Origin: Promethearchaeota archaeon
Lineage (GTDB): Archaea; Asgardarchaeota; Lokiarchaeia; Sigyniarchaeales; SOKP01
Direction of reading: 5' to 3'
Length of the DNA: 32,000 nucleotides
NCBI GenBank assembly: GCA_030606485.1
Contig: JAUWGH010000004.1
Span: 297,392 to 329,391, forward strand
Below the pieces are notes generated by a model, which saw only the letters and a list, made by a program, of their open reading frames with translations, made no database searches and was not told the DNA's origin. Shown in pieces: positions 1-9,885 of this stretch. Position 1 is the first letter of the stretch. Each line of letters begins with the position of its first letter. Both the position numbers and the translations under genes were made by a program.

Positions 1-1041
1 TTAATTAGTATAAAAAACAGAATTCGGAGATTTTCGGAAGGGCCTTTAAAAAAAGTGTTTAATAATAAAAATTCAATACCAATCAGTAAAATTTTAAATA
101 ATAATTGTATTTTGAATTTGAACTCAATCATTAGACTTGGAGGAGATAAAGAGGATATTTATTTCTTTTTAATGTTAGTTTTAAAGAATATCTGGGATTA
201 TAATGTTTCTGCCGGTATATTTAATAGGTTAAAGCATCTAACAATTGTTGACGATGCAACATATTTTATGCCTAAGGAAAGTTCTCAGAATGATAAAATT
301 AGCACATATCTTGAAGACATTGCATTGCTCCAGAGAGGTACGGGTGAGAGTTTAATGGCTATTGCCACAAGACCCGATATCAGTGAAAATATTTTGGCTA
401 ATTCGGGTTTGGTTATAGGTTTTGAAACACATTTTAAGAAAAAAAATTTCGCTGAATTATTAAATTTACCCGAAGAGAAGTATATGTATCTCTCTTTATT
501 AAAAAAGGGGCAATGTATAATTAGAACGCCCTCTATTAAAAATCCCTTTCTTTTACAAGTTCCTTGGGTAAAAGAAACTCATATCTCAAGAAAATCATCA
601 AAAGTAAAAAAGAAGGAAAAGAATATCGATATGATTTTATTGAAGGATAAGAGACAAAATAAAATCAATTTTAAAAAAACCAATAAAGCAATCAAAATTA
701 AAAACCTCAATTTTCGACTCAATTTTACTCGAAATTGTTTTCATTCTGGGGATTATTCCAGCTGTTATTTCATTTGTTTAGAGATTATTGACTATATTGT
801 TGATCAACTTGTATATCGATTAAATTATAAATTTGGAGGTGTTGAAAAACTTTTACTTGATATTGAGCAAAATAATCTTTCGGATCGCATTAAAATTTAT
901 CCCGAGTTAAAATTAATTTCAGACAATATTAAAAATACTAAACAAAAAAAAATGATCTCACGTAACGATGTTTTAGAACTATTTGAACAAATTCGTAAGA
1001 TTTTCAATAAATATAAATATGCTGAAATTAACGCTCTTTAA
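1..1041 (+). CDS. HerA/FtsK-like P-loop ATPase, C-terminal part (truncated by window start), with an additional C-terminal helical domain
   Basis: The listed ORF starts at a GTG at 55, but the same frame is open back to base 1 (LISIKNRIRRFSEGPLKKVF...), so the real start is outside the window. Motifs TIVDDATYFMP (Walker B-like) and SLMAIATRPDIS followed by LANSGLVIGFET resemble the C-terminal half of HerA-like ATPases. No Walker A is present in the window. Confidence 0.6.
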   Translation, partial: LISIKNRIRRFSEGPLKKVFNNKNSIPISKILNNNCILNLNSIIRLGGDKEDIYFFLMLVLKNIWDYNVSAGIFNRLKHLTIVDDATYFMPKESSQNDKISTYLEDIALLQRGTGESLMAIATRPDISENILANSGLVIGFETHFKKKNFAELLNLPEEKYMYLSLLKKGQCIIRTPSIKNPFLLQVPWVKETHISRKSSKVKKKEKNIDMILLKDKRQNKINFKKTNKAIKIKNLNFRLNFTRNCFHSGDYSSCYFICLEIIDYIVDQLVYRLNYKFGGVEKLLLDIEQNNLSDRIKIYPELKLISDNIKNTKQKKMISRNDVLELFEQIRKIFNKYKYAEINAL

Positions 1042-1176
1042 GATTTAAATGATTTTCTACATTTTGAAATCAGTTGGAGCAAACAATACTTGCTTCCCGT
1101 ATTTCACATCCTTTTATTTTATGAAAAAGGTTGTATATTTTCTATATCTTCTCCAGTATAATGGATCTCAATTTGT

Positions 1177-1716
1177 TTAAACACGATAAATTTTTTTCTG
1201 ATTAAAAGTAAAATTCCTACCAGTCAAATGATAAGGGATTTCTACTTTTTTAACATCTATTCTATTATTTTTTAAAAAATCCTCATTTCCTAGACATGTT
1301 ACAACCTTACCAATAAATAAAGTGTGATCTCCGTAAACCTTACTATCGATCAGCTTACATTCTATGTGGCAAATGCACTCTTTTATTCGAGGACACTTCA
1401 CATTTATTCCATCTAATGATGTTAAGCCTGTTTCTTTGAATTTATTTACTTTTTTCCCAGAGATTTGACCACAATACATTAGTTTTTTTAATATTTCGCT
1501 TGTAGGAATATTAATTGTGAATTCTCCTTGATCTTTAATTAAATTATGCGAAAATCTTAAGGGCGACACAGAAATTCCTACAATAGGAGGATTTCTACTT
1601 ATAATTAAATTCCAAGCAAGTGGAATAATATTAATCGGAAAAGTCGTGACTAAAATTGTTTGTCTTGGATGCATTAATCCAATATGATTTGTATTTGCTA
1701 ATTTTTTAAAACCCAT
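1177..1716 (-). CDS. Flavin reductase-like (FMN-binding split-barrel) domain protein
   Basis: HPRQTILVTTF...PLAWNLIISRNPPIVGISVSPLRFSHNLIKDQGEFTINIPT matches the archaeal flavin reductase/flavoredoxin family pattern. Confidence 0.8.
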   Translation of the reverse strand: MGFKKLANTNHIGLMHPRQTILVTTFPINIIPLAWNLIISRNPPIVGISVSPLRFSHNLIKDQGEFTINIPTSEILKKLMYCGQISGKKVNKFKETGLTSLDGINVKCPRIKECICHIECKLIDSKVYGDHTLFIGKVVTCLGNEDFLKNNRIDVKKVEIPYHLTGRNFTFNQKKIYRV

Positions 1717-1786
1717 GAATTTTTAAATTCTTTTATTTTATTTATTATTTTACTATTAATAATCTAATTAAATTGAAATATAAATA

Positions 1787-3628
1787 ATGTGCGGAATTTT
1801 TGGAGTTATATCAAATCAAGATACCCCTATAGGGAGTATTGTACTTGAAGGAATTAAACGATTGGAATATCGAGGATATGATTCTGTAGGCATTGCCTCA
1901 CAATTTAACGGAAAAATATTTGTGAAAAAAGATTCTGGAAAAATCAATGATGTTCATAAAAAAATAAAATTAGATGATTTTCCAGGAACTATTGCGATTG
2001 CGCACACTAGATGGGCCACCCATGGTGCTCCAATTAAAGAGAATAGTCATCCACATTTAGATTGTTCAAATAAAATAGCAGTAGTACATAATGGAATTAT
2101 TGAAAATTTTATGACTCTAAAAGAAGAACTCATTCAAAGGGGGCATAATTTTAAATCTGACACAGATACAGAGATTATTCCACATTTAATTGAAGAGAAA
2201 ATGAAGGAAGGGTTAGACTTTAAGGATTCAATAATTGAAGCTTTAAAAATCTGTAAAGGGTCATATGGATTAGCCATTCTAAGCTTATATATCCCAGATA
2301 CTATTATTGCTGTAAGAAAAGAATCTCCGATTATAATTGGGATTGAACCCGGAGTAGCAACCTATTGTGCATCAGATTTTCCAGCTTTTCTGCCATTAAC
2401 AAAAACATATTACATTTTGGAGGATTGTGAGATGGCGATTTTAAAAGCAGGAGAGGTAGAATTTTATGATATGAATACTTCAGAGATAATTGAGAAGAAA
2501 TCTCAACAAATTGAGTGGAGTATTGATGCAGCAGAAAAGGGAGGATATAAACATTTTATGTTAAAAGAAATATATGAACAGCCTGAAGCTTTGAAACGGA
2601 CATTGAAGATTTCGAATGAAGATATTAAAATTTTTGCCCAAATACTTTTGGCTGCCAATGATATTTATATTACTGGTGCTGGAACCTCACTATTTGCTTC
2701 CTTAGCTGGAAAATTTATTATTTCCAAATTTTTAGGTAAATATATTCAGGCAATTGAATGTTCTGAGTTAAAAGGTCAGTTAACAAATTGTTTAAGGGAT
2801 AATTCAGTAATAATTGCAGTTTCACAATCAGGTGAGACAATAGATACAATTGAGGCTATTCGCTGGGCCAAAAAAGCACAAAATTTAAAAATTTTATCGA
2901 TAACTAATGCTGTAGGATCATCAATTACAAGATATTCAGATCACTTTATAATTACACAAGCTGGTCCTGAAATTGGAGTCGCTGCTACAAAAACTTACTC
3001 TTGCCAAGTACTTACACTTGCATTAATCGCGTTGGAGATTGCAAAATTGAGAAAAATAGAACCAGAAAGTGAAATACAAAACTATTACAAGGCTTTAAAA
3101 TCAACACCTCAAATAATTGAGAATTTTTTGAGTAATAATATTAATTTAATTAGAAAAATTGTAAAAGATTTAGAGAAACATTCGAGTTATTTCTTTTTAG
3201 CTCGTGGGATATCAATTGGTACAGCTAAAGAAGGTGGATTAAAGTTAAAAGAAGTAGCTTGTAGATTCATTGAAGGATATTCTGCAGCTGCAGCAAAACA
3301 TGGTCCCATTGCATTGGTACGAAAAGGATACCCCATTGTTTTTATCGCACCGCCAGATGAGACTTATGTTAGATTAATCGGAAATTTAATGGAATTTAAA
3401 TCAAGAGGGGGCAAAATTATCTCCATTGTTGTAGAAAGTGATAAAAAAGTTAAAGTACATAGTGATATGACAATTGATATACCTCAACCAGCCGATATAT
3501 ACCATAATATATTTAGTCCAATTACCTTTATTCCAGCATTACAGTTGCTTGCATATTATACAGCAATTTTCCATGGACTCGACCCAGATATGCCATTGAA
3601 CTTAAGTAAGACTGTTACAGTTCATTAA
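1787..3628 (+). CDS. glmS: Glutamine--fructose-6-phosphate aminotransferase (isomerizing)
   Basis: N-terminal MCGIFG nucleophile-Cys glutaminase, RLEYRGYDSVG, HTRWATHG; two SIS domains (TGAGTS, SQSGETIDT); C-terminal LAKTVTVH-like ending (LSKTVTVH). Confidence 0.97.
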   Translation: MCGIFGVISNQDTPIGSIVLEGIKRLEYRGYDSVGIASQFNGKIFVKKDSGKINDVHKKIKLDDFPGTIAIAHTRWATHGAPIKENSHPHLDCSNKIAVVHNGIIENFMTLKEELIQRGHNFKSDTDTEIIPHLIEEKMKEGLDFKDSIIEALKICKGSYGLAILSLYIPDTIIAVRKESPIIIGIEPGVATYCASDFPAFLPLTKTYYILEDCEMAILKAGEVEFYDMNTSEIIEKKSQQIEWSIDAAEKGGYKHFMLKEIYEQPEALKRTLKISNEDIKIFAQILLAANDIYITGAGTSLFASLAGKFIISKFLGKYIQAIECSELKGQLTNCLRDNSVIIAVSQSGETIDTIEAIRWAKKAQNLKILSITNAVGSSITRYSDHFIITQAGPEIGVAATKTYSCQVLTLALIALEIAKLRKIEPESEIQNYYKALKSTPQIIENFLSNNINLIRKIVKDLEKHSSYFFLARGISIGTAKEGGLKLKEVACRFIEGYSAAAAKHGPIALVRKGYPIVFIAPPDETYVRLIGNLMEFKSRGGKIISIVVESDKKVKVHSDMTIDIPQPADIYHNIFSPITFIPALQLLAYYTAIFHGLDPDMPLNLSKTVTVH

Positions 3629-3704
3629 ATAAATTAGTAGCTTTAACGCTGTAAAAAATAATTTTATATTTCGTAGTAAAATAATATATATAAAAACGAG
3701 ATAA

Positions 3705-4676
3705 TTAATTACTGTTTTTTTGCAAAATATTAATTTCTATACCTTTTTGTTCAAGTATCATTTTATTAGCGAGTAACTCTCGACCAGCAATTTTATCCAC
3801 TATATAAATTAGATTACCACCCTTTTCAGAGTATTTCTGACCATAGGAAATGGGAATATTTGGTGTAGGATCAACTAATAGCGATTCGGCAACTGCCTTT
3901 TCTTTTCGTTTGCCAGTAGCTAGCAGGACTACTGTTTTCGCTTTATAAACTAATTCTGCACCCATGCTAATAGCATAATGTGGGCTATCTTTTTCTGAGG
4001 GAAAATGTCCATCGATAACGGCATTTTTTATCGTGTTATCGTCAAGTTTAACTAACATGATATTACTACCATCAAAAGGAATTCCCGATTCATGGAAAGC
4101 TACATGGCCACGTCCACCAACTCCTATAATTTGCAAATCAATACCTCCAATATCCTTAATTTTTTGGGCATATCCATCCAAGATTGTTTTACGGATCCAA
4201 GCTAGATATTCTGAAACTGGATTATCTATGATATCAATTGATTTACCAGCATCTGTGCCCAATTCACGCCAATCATCTGGATGACCTTTTAATTCTTGTA
4301 TGAGAATTTCTTGATCGATTAAGCACCCATAAGGAACAGTTGTTTCTATGAATTTATTGACAAGATGTCCAAAAAATTCTTGAATCATAAAATAACAGTA
4401 GCTCTCCGGATGTATCGTGCGTTGTTGAACATTTTCACCTGGAAGGCCAATATATTCATCAAGGTTGAAACTGCGGATCCGACTACTATCAAATTCACCA
4501 GCGTTAGCCATTCTCGCTAAATGTTTATAAAGACCAGTAGGCGAATTTCCTGTTGCTAATCCAATAACGAATTCTTTTTTCTTCTGTAACGTTTGGTTGA
4601 TATTATCTTTAATAATTATGGATGCAATTTCGCTAATGTGTTCAAAATTTTCTGTTATAATAATTTTGATTGGCAT
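3705..4676 (-). CDS. nagB: Glucosamine-6-phosphate deaminase
   Basis: GLATGNSPTGLY, FNLDEYIGL, IGVGGRGHVAFHESG motifs of the NagB/6-phosphogluconolactonase-like family. Confidence 0.9.
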   Translation of the reverse strand: MPIKIIITENFEHISEIASIIIKDNINQTLQKKKEFVIGLATGNSPTGLYKHLARMANAGEFDSSRIRSFNLDEYIGLPGENVQQRTIHPESYCYFMIQEFFGHLVNKFIETTVPYGCLIDQEILIQELKGHPDDWRELGTDAGKSIDIIDNPVSEYLAWIRKTILDGYAQKIKDIGGIDLQIIGVGGRGHVAFHESGIPFDGSNIMLVKLDDNTIKNAVIDGHFPSEKDSPHYAISMGAELVYKAKTVVLLATGKRKEKAVAESLLVDPTPNIPISYGQKYSEKGGNLIYIVDKIAGRELLANKMILEQKGIEINILQKNSN

Positions 4677-4702
4677 AAAAATCTACTTTTATAGCAAGAT
4701 AC

Positions 4703-4722
4703 TTAATTATATTTTAAAAAAA
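4703..4722 (-). promoter_or_regulatory. Candidate TATA-like element upstream of nagB
   Basis: TTTTTAAAATATAATTAAG-like tract (minus strand) about 30-45 nt upstream of the nagB start at 4676. The background is very AT-rich, so this is weak. Confidence 0.2.
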
Positions 4723-4988
4723 GAGCATTTTCTAATAAATTTAATTACCTAATATATCGAATTGATTTTATTTATTAATTTATTTCCAAACTATAATAGT
4801 ATATATTAATAAAATTATCATTTATTCAGAGATTTTAAAACATTTTTTATTCTAATTAATTTTTAATTTAAAAGATTTATTCTTTTATATGTATGACATA
4901 TTTGGTGTTATTAAGAAAAAGAGCCGAATTATGATAGTCTGATTCTCTTTCAAATATATCAAGTATATGATTCGAGATATATCTTTTC

Positions 4989-5858
4989 TTAGCCTAAAAT
5001 AAGATTAATTTTAGAAGCTAAAATACCAGGTGATTCTCCAAGAAAGCTCTCAGGACTAGCGAAAAGAATATAATAATAAGGCATAAAAATAGATTCTTCA
5101 GAAGGGCCTACTCCAGAATTGACGATATATATCCATTTCCTTAGATCTCCAATTGTTGATTCTCGATATTTCCATCGTAAAGTCTCTACTTCAGGAATTT
5201 TTCCTAAATTTCTTAGGAGGACTGCAACGGATTTAAAATTAATACCAAAAGAAATTATAGGGGATAAATCAAATGATGTAACACATACTCCTTCAAGTCC
5301 ATAAACCTCCATTTCATTTAAAAATTTATTAAAAACGCGTGTTAATTCGTCTTTTTTTGCTTCAATTAGTTCTTTTGCTTTTGCATCTGTAAGTATTCGT
5401 ATAATTCTTTCTTTTTCTTCAAGATTTATTTTTTTTTCAAAACCAAGTGGGATTTTATTTTGAATTACCCAATCAAATATCATTTGAACTTTTTGTTTTA
5501 CAGCCTTACTATTTAAATAGGTTTCTGTTTGACATGTGATTAAAACATTGCCACTTTGTTTTTTTATTTGCTTTTCTTGGGATTTATTACTTCTTTTTGT
5601 ATTTTTACGTAAGGGAATAAATTCTAATACTTTTAGGTTTTTATCTAAAAGCCTTGCAAATTCAAAAATAGCTGAGACAAATCCGGAAGTCAATTCAAAA
5701 CATTCGGTTGGATTGAATTCATTCTTATGGTTAAATTCTTGAGTTGAAAAATCGAAAAATCTTAGATAAAGAGGGACTCCTTTAGGCAGAGGTTCTATTT
5801 CTAGATCATAATATGGATAACCAGTGGTCGTTATAACTTGAAGTGAGTAAATTGTCAT
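4989..5858 (-). CDS. Hypothetical protein, possible longin/roadblock-like domain protein
   Basis: N-terminal layout (beta-strand start MTIYSLQVITTTGYPYYDLEIE, then ECFELTSGFVSAIFEFARLL and KVLEFIPLRK) resembles archaeal longin-like proteins. The second half has YGLEGVCVTSFDLSPIISFGI. Fold call is by eye only. Confidence 0.4.
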   Translation of the reverse strand: MTIYSLQVITTTGYPYYDLEIEPLPKGVPLYLRFFDFSTQEFNHKNEFNPTECFELTSGFVSAIFEFARLLDKNLKVLEFIPLRKNTKRSNKSQEKQIKKQSGNVLITCQTETYLNSKAVKQKVQMIFDWVIQNKIPLGFEKKINLEEKERIIRILTDAKAKELIEAKKDELTRVFNKFLNEMEVYGLEGVCVTSFDLSPIISFGINFKSVAVLLRNLGKIPEVETLRWKYRESTIGDLRKWIYIVNSGVGPSEESIFMPYYYILFASPESFLGESPGILASKINLILG

Positions 5859-5969
5859 GTATTCTTAAAAATTTCTCAATTTTTTATATATTCAATATAT
5901 ACATAAATTTGTTAATTGGATATAAATAATTATAGAAAATTAATATTAAAGCGAATTGAACAAGTTTTA

Positions 5970-6533
5970 TTAGCCTGAAATTGCAATTATTTCAGCACTT
6001 CTTACAACAAAATTTGTATCGATATAGAGTAATAGAGCATGGTCTTGATGATTAAAAACTAAAGGGACTAGTTTTTTAGTTGAATTCTCGATTAAACTAT
6101 TCTTTACATATATTTTAAGAGTTTTTTTACAATATTTACAAAATGCATCAATAAATTTTCCATTTTTACTCGGTACTATTTTTATAGCTTTCTCTACTAC
6201 TGAGTTAAAACCTTTAAAAAAATCATCATAAATCGCATCATACGAATTTAAAAAAGATTCTCCATAGATTTCAATAAATTCATCAGAGATGTAATCCAAA
6301 ATCGCCTCAATTAACTGAAATTGAACGGATTTATCGGCACCAATTACAAAGACTATATTTTTTTTTTTGATAAATATAACCTTAGAGTCAGCTTTGTTTA
6401 TATGATAATATCTGGATTCTTTAGGTACATTTCTAGCGAGAGAACTTTCAAAAAAAAAAGATTTTGGTAAATTTTTTTGTTTCCATGAAAAATAGGAGCT
6501 TTCAAAACATCCAATATTAACAAAAAAAATCAA
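5970..6533 (-). CDS. Longin-like domain protein
   Basis: SRYYHINKADSKVIFIKKKNIVFVIGADKSVQFQLIEAILDYISDEFIEIYG matches a longin/adaptin-small-chain-like strand-helix pattern. Confidence 0.5.
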   Translation of the reverse strand: MIFFVNIGCFESSYFSWKQKNLPKSFFFESSLARNVPKESRYYHINKADSKVIFIKKKNIVFVIGADKSVQFQLIEAILDYISDEFIEIYGESFLNSYDAIYDDFFKGFNSVVEKAIKIVPSKNGKFIDAFCKYCKKTLKIYVKNSLIENSTKKLVPLVFNHQDHALLLYIDTNFVVRSAEIIAISG

Positions 6534-6638
6534 ATTTGAATAATCAGGGAATTGTTTGGATATTTTTCAGCACCATCAATTTCATATTATATAAATAAAG
6601 TATATTTTTTTGAGCTTTTATTTTTATTTTTTTCTCAA

Positions 6639-9419
6639 TTATTCTAAAATTAGAACAGGTTTTCCAGGTAATGCTTGTTTAGCTTTTTTATGGTCAATTT
6701 GATCTTCTAAAAATATTTCAATATTACATTTAAACTTATCCTGAAAAGTTGGTTTTATTTCATTAAAAAAGTCCATTTCATCTTTTGATGTTAGGACTAT
6801 TTTTGAATATGTCCTAAGATTTTGTAAAATATTATTGGTGATTTGATTTATTTGTTTCCCAAATTTTTTCAATTCAGCGTCCTGCATAACTGATTTCATA
6901 ATTTCTCCTTGATCTTTAGATTTTTCAATCAATGGTATTAATATAGAAAACAATTTGTATTTCCATTCGGTTGCAATTACAATTTTAATCAAAGAAATTT
7001 TTTGATCCTTTAAAATTTGTATTATATTTTTTACATCATCTATTGTGTTGTTCATTAAATTCCATTTAAAATCGTTTTCATCTGTTAGTAGATTTTTGTT
7101 ATAGGATGGCCAAGTAGATATACTTAAGAAATCTTTATGACCAAGCATTTCCCATAATTCTTCTGTTATGTGTGGTATAAATGGATGTAAGAGCAGAAGC
7201 AATTTTTCTTGACATTCTTTATAGAGATGTTCAATAACACCATTTTTTTTATATTCTTTCAAATTTGGAATGAATTGAACAATTTCATTTATAGCATCAC
7301 GTATTGCTAGATTATTCATATGCTCTGTAACAAATTTTATAGTCTTATTCAATTGGAATTCTATTAAATCGTCATTAATATTCCTTTTTTTCCTTATTTT
7401 CTCTAGAGACTCTGTAAATAAATTCCATAAACCAGATACAAATTTATATGCAAAACCAACTCCTTGATCAGACCATTCCATTCCTTTCTCTGGACTTGCT
7501 CCGAATAAAATGAAAAATCTAGTTGCATCTGCCCCATATTCATTCATAATTCCAATTGGATCAACGGTATTTCCTAGAGATTTGCTCATCTTAGCGCTTT
7601 TTAGAATATATTTCGTTCCACATCGTTTACATCTCTCATCATGCATTTCTGCTTTCATCGCAAAGGTATTACATTTTGAACAATATGGATGTGCTTTATT
7701 AATCATACCATGTGTAAATAATCGTTGAAAGGGTTCATCATGTGAATGTAGCCCAAGATCACGCGCTACTTTTGTAAAAAATCTTGCATAAAGAAGATGC
7801 ATAATTGCATGTTCTATTCCACCAATATATTGATCAACATTTCCCCAATAATCAACAATTTCCTTTCTATATGGTAAATCTTTTACATGAGGATCACAGA
7901 ATCTAAAAAAATACCACGAACTATCAACAAAAGTATCCATTGTATCAGTCTCACGCCTCCCTGGTTTACCACATTTTGGACATTGACAATTAATGAAAGA
8001 TTCAGAAGTTTCTAAAGGGTTTCCTTTTCCAGTAAATTTAACATCTTTTGGTAGTTCTAATGGTAAATTCTCATAAGGAACAGGCACAACTCCGCAATCA
8101 TCGCAATATATTATTGGTATTGGGCATCCCCAATATCTTTGACGGGAAATTAACCAATCCCTTAACTTATAATTAACGGTTGCTTTACCCAGCCCAATTT
8201 TTTCTAACTTTTTTGTTATCGCGTTAATCGCGGTTCGATTATCCATCCCATCAAATTCTTCTGAATTTACTAGGATGCCATCTGCCATATAAGCTCTTGT
8301 CATTTTATCCTCATTTAATTCATAATCAGGTGGTTGAATAACAACTCTAATCGTGATATTATATTCTTTTGCAAATTCAAAATCACGTTGGTCATGAGCA
8401 GGAACCGCCATGACTGCACCTGCCCCGTATTCATAAATGATAAAATTTCCAATATAAATAGGAACTTTTTCTTTTGTCATTGGATTAATCGCATATTTTC
8501 CGATAAACATCCCTTTTTTATCAACCTCAACATCCGTTCTTTCAAATTTATTCTGCTTCATAACATCAGTATAAAAAATTTCAAAATCTTTTTCATATTC
8601 AGTTCCTTTAACCCATTCGCGAACCCAAGGATGTTCTGGAGCAAATACCATAAAAGTTACTCCATAAAGTGTATCAGCTCTAGTTGTAAATATGTCGATG
8701 GTTCTTTCTTCTCCCACAATTGGGAATTTAATTATCGACCCCTCCGACCTCCCGATCCAATTTCTTTGCATAACTTTAACTTTTTCGGGCCAATCAACAT
8801 TATTTAAGCCATTTAACAATTCTTCGGCATAAGATCTTATTTTTAAAAACCATTGGGTCAAAAATTTTTGTTCTACTTCTGAATTGCAACGCCAACAGTG
8901 ACCACCTTGAACTTGCTCGTTAGCCAACACTGTTGCACATTGAGGGCACCAATTAATATAACTATCTTCCCGATAAGCAAGATCTTTTTCAAACATTTTC
9001 AGAAAAAACCACTGGTCCCATTTAAAATAATTTGGATCGTGGCTATGAATGTCACGAGTCCAATCATAAGATAATCCTATGCGTTTTTGTTGATTTCTCA
9101 CGATATCGATGTTTAAATTGGTCCATTCCTCCGGATTCACTCCCTCGTCAATTGCGGCGTTTTCTGCAGGTAATCCGAAAGAATCATATCCCATGGGATA
9201 AAGTATTTGGAATCCGCACATTCGTTTGAATCTAGTAAATGCATCGCCAACAGTATAATTACGTAGATGACCTATGTGAAGTTTTCCAGAGGGATAAGGA
9301 TACATTTCGAGTATATAATACTTTTTCTTTTTAAGATCTTTTTGTACTTCGAATATTTTTGCTTCTTCCCATTTCTTTTGCCATTTCTCTTCTATTTTTT
9401 GGGGGTTATAATCATTCAT
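6639..9419 (-). CDS. leuS: Leucyl-tRNA synthetase (bacterial-type)
   Basis: YPYPSGKLHIGHLRNYTVGD (HIGH), FGLPAENAAI, WCPQCATVLANEQV, FTTRADTLYGVTF editing-domain motif, AVMAVPAHDQRDFEFA, KMSKSLGNTVDP. Confidence 0.96.
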   Translation of the reverse strand: MNDYNPQKIEEKWQKKWEEAKIFEVQKDLKKKKYYILEMYPYPSGKLHIGHLRNYTVGDAFTRFKRMCGFQILYPMGYDSFGLPAENAAIDEGVNPEEWTNLNIDIVRNQQKRIGLSYDWTRDIHSHDPNYFKWDQWFFLKMFEKDLAYREDSYINWCPQCATVLANEQVQGGHCWRCNSEVEQKFLTQWFLKIRSYAEELLNGLNNVDWPEKVKVMQRNWIGRSEGSIIKFPIVGEERTIDIFTTRADTLYGVTFMVFAPEHPWVREWVKGTEYEKDFEIFYTDVMKQNKFERTDVEVDKKGMFIGKYAINPMTKEKVPIYIGNFIIYEYGAGAVMAVPAHDQRDFEFAKEYNITIRVVIQPPDYELNEDKMTRAYMADGILVNSEEFDGMDNRTAINAITKKLEKIGLGKATVNYKLRDWLISRQRYWGCPIPIIYCDDCGVVPVPYENLPLELPKDVKFTGKGNPLETSESFINCQCPKCGKPGRRETDTMDTFVDSSWYFFRFCDPHVKDLPYRKEIVDYWGNVDQYIGGIEHAIMHLLYARFFTKVARDLGLHSHDEPFQRLFTHGMINKAHPYCSKCNTFAMKAEMHDERCKRCGTKYILKSAKMSKSLGNTVDPIGIMNEYGADATRFFILFGASPEKGMEWSDQGVGFAYKFVSGLWNLFTESLEKIRKKRNINDDLIEFQLNKTIKFVTEHMNNLAIRDAINEIVQFIPNLKEYKKNGVIEHLYKECQEKLLLLLHPFIPHITEELWEMLGHKDFLSISTWPSYNKNLLTDENDFKWNLMNNTIDDVKNIIQILKDQKISLIKIVIATEWKYKLFSILIPLIEKSKDQGEIMKSVMQDAELKKFGKQINQITNNILQNLRTYSKIVLTSKDEMDFFNEIKPTFQDKFKCNIEIFLEDQIDHKKAKQALPGKPVLILE

Positions 9420-9885
9420 ATTTCCTTTTATTCCATTCCATTGTTTTTATTAAAATTATCCACATTTTTTCAATTTTATGAATTCTTTTTTTCAATGCTT
9501 CTTCGAACCTTTGAGCTTTAATTCTAAAGATATTTGCTGGAGATTAAGAAAGAACAAATCCATAGAAATTATTTATAGAAAAGAAGGCTCAGGTTCGTTC
9601 TCTCTCGAATTAGAGCACCAATAAGAGTACCACTACTAAGAGTAATACAAATAACAATGCATTTTGTACTTTATTCATCAAGAGAGACATTATGGTAAAT
9701 ATTATAATTACTACTTTTAAAGATTATTATAAGATTTATAGGAAATTTATAAATTTAAATTAAATTAAGAGATATTTTTTGAAATTTTCGATGAGGATAA
9801 TATTAAGAAGGAGTTTAACCATAATTTTTTCATTTACTTTATATTATTTTTAAATTAACATAATTATTTAATTTTAAAATATTCT

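Noticed and set aside
55-60. GTG at 55 as the true start of the first protein
   Set aside because: The frame is open to base 1 and the protein begins in the middle of an ATPase domain, so this is a truncated gene.
4033-4284. 83-aa plus-strand ORF
   Set aside because: Entirely antisense within nagB, with no recognisable motif; a shadow ORF.
4905-4965. Imperfect inverted repeat (aaagagccgaatt...tgattctcttt)
   Set aside because: Short, mismatched stem in an AT-rich background; not distinguishable from chance without a folding calculation.
5119-5742. Two plus-strand ORFs (61 and 68 aa)
   Set aside because: Antisense to the 289-aa longin-like gene; low-complexity peptides with no family features.
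7510-9521. Plus-strand ORFs of 72, 157, 65 and 84 aa
   Set aside because: The first three lie inside and antisense to leuS, whose motifs support its frame. The last overlaps the leuS start and AT-rich intergenic DNA and reads as Phe/Leu-rich noise.
9420-9885. 466-bp intergenic region inspected for tRNA/ncRNA
   Set aside because: AT-rich with no cloverleaf or convincing stable hairpin by eye; only generic TATA-like tracts (e.g. ctttatattattt near 9838-9850). A tRNAscan/Infernal run would settle it.
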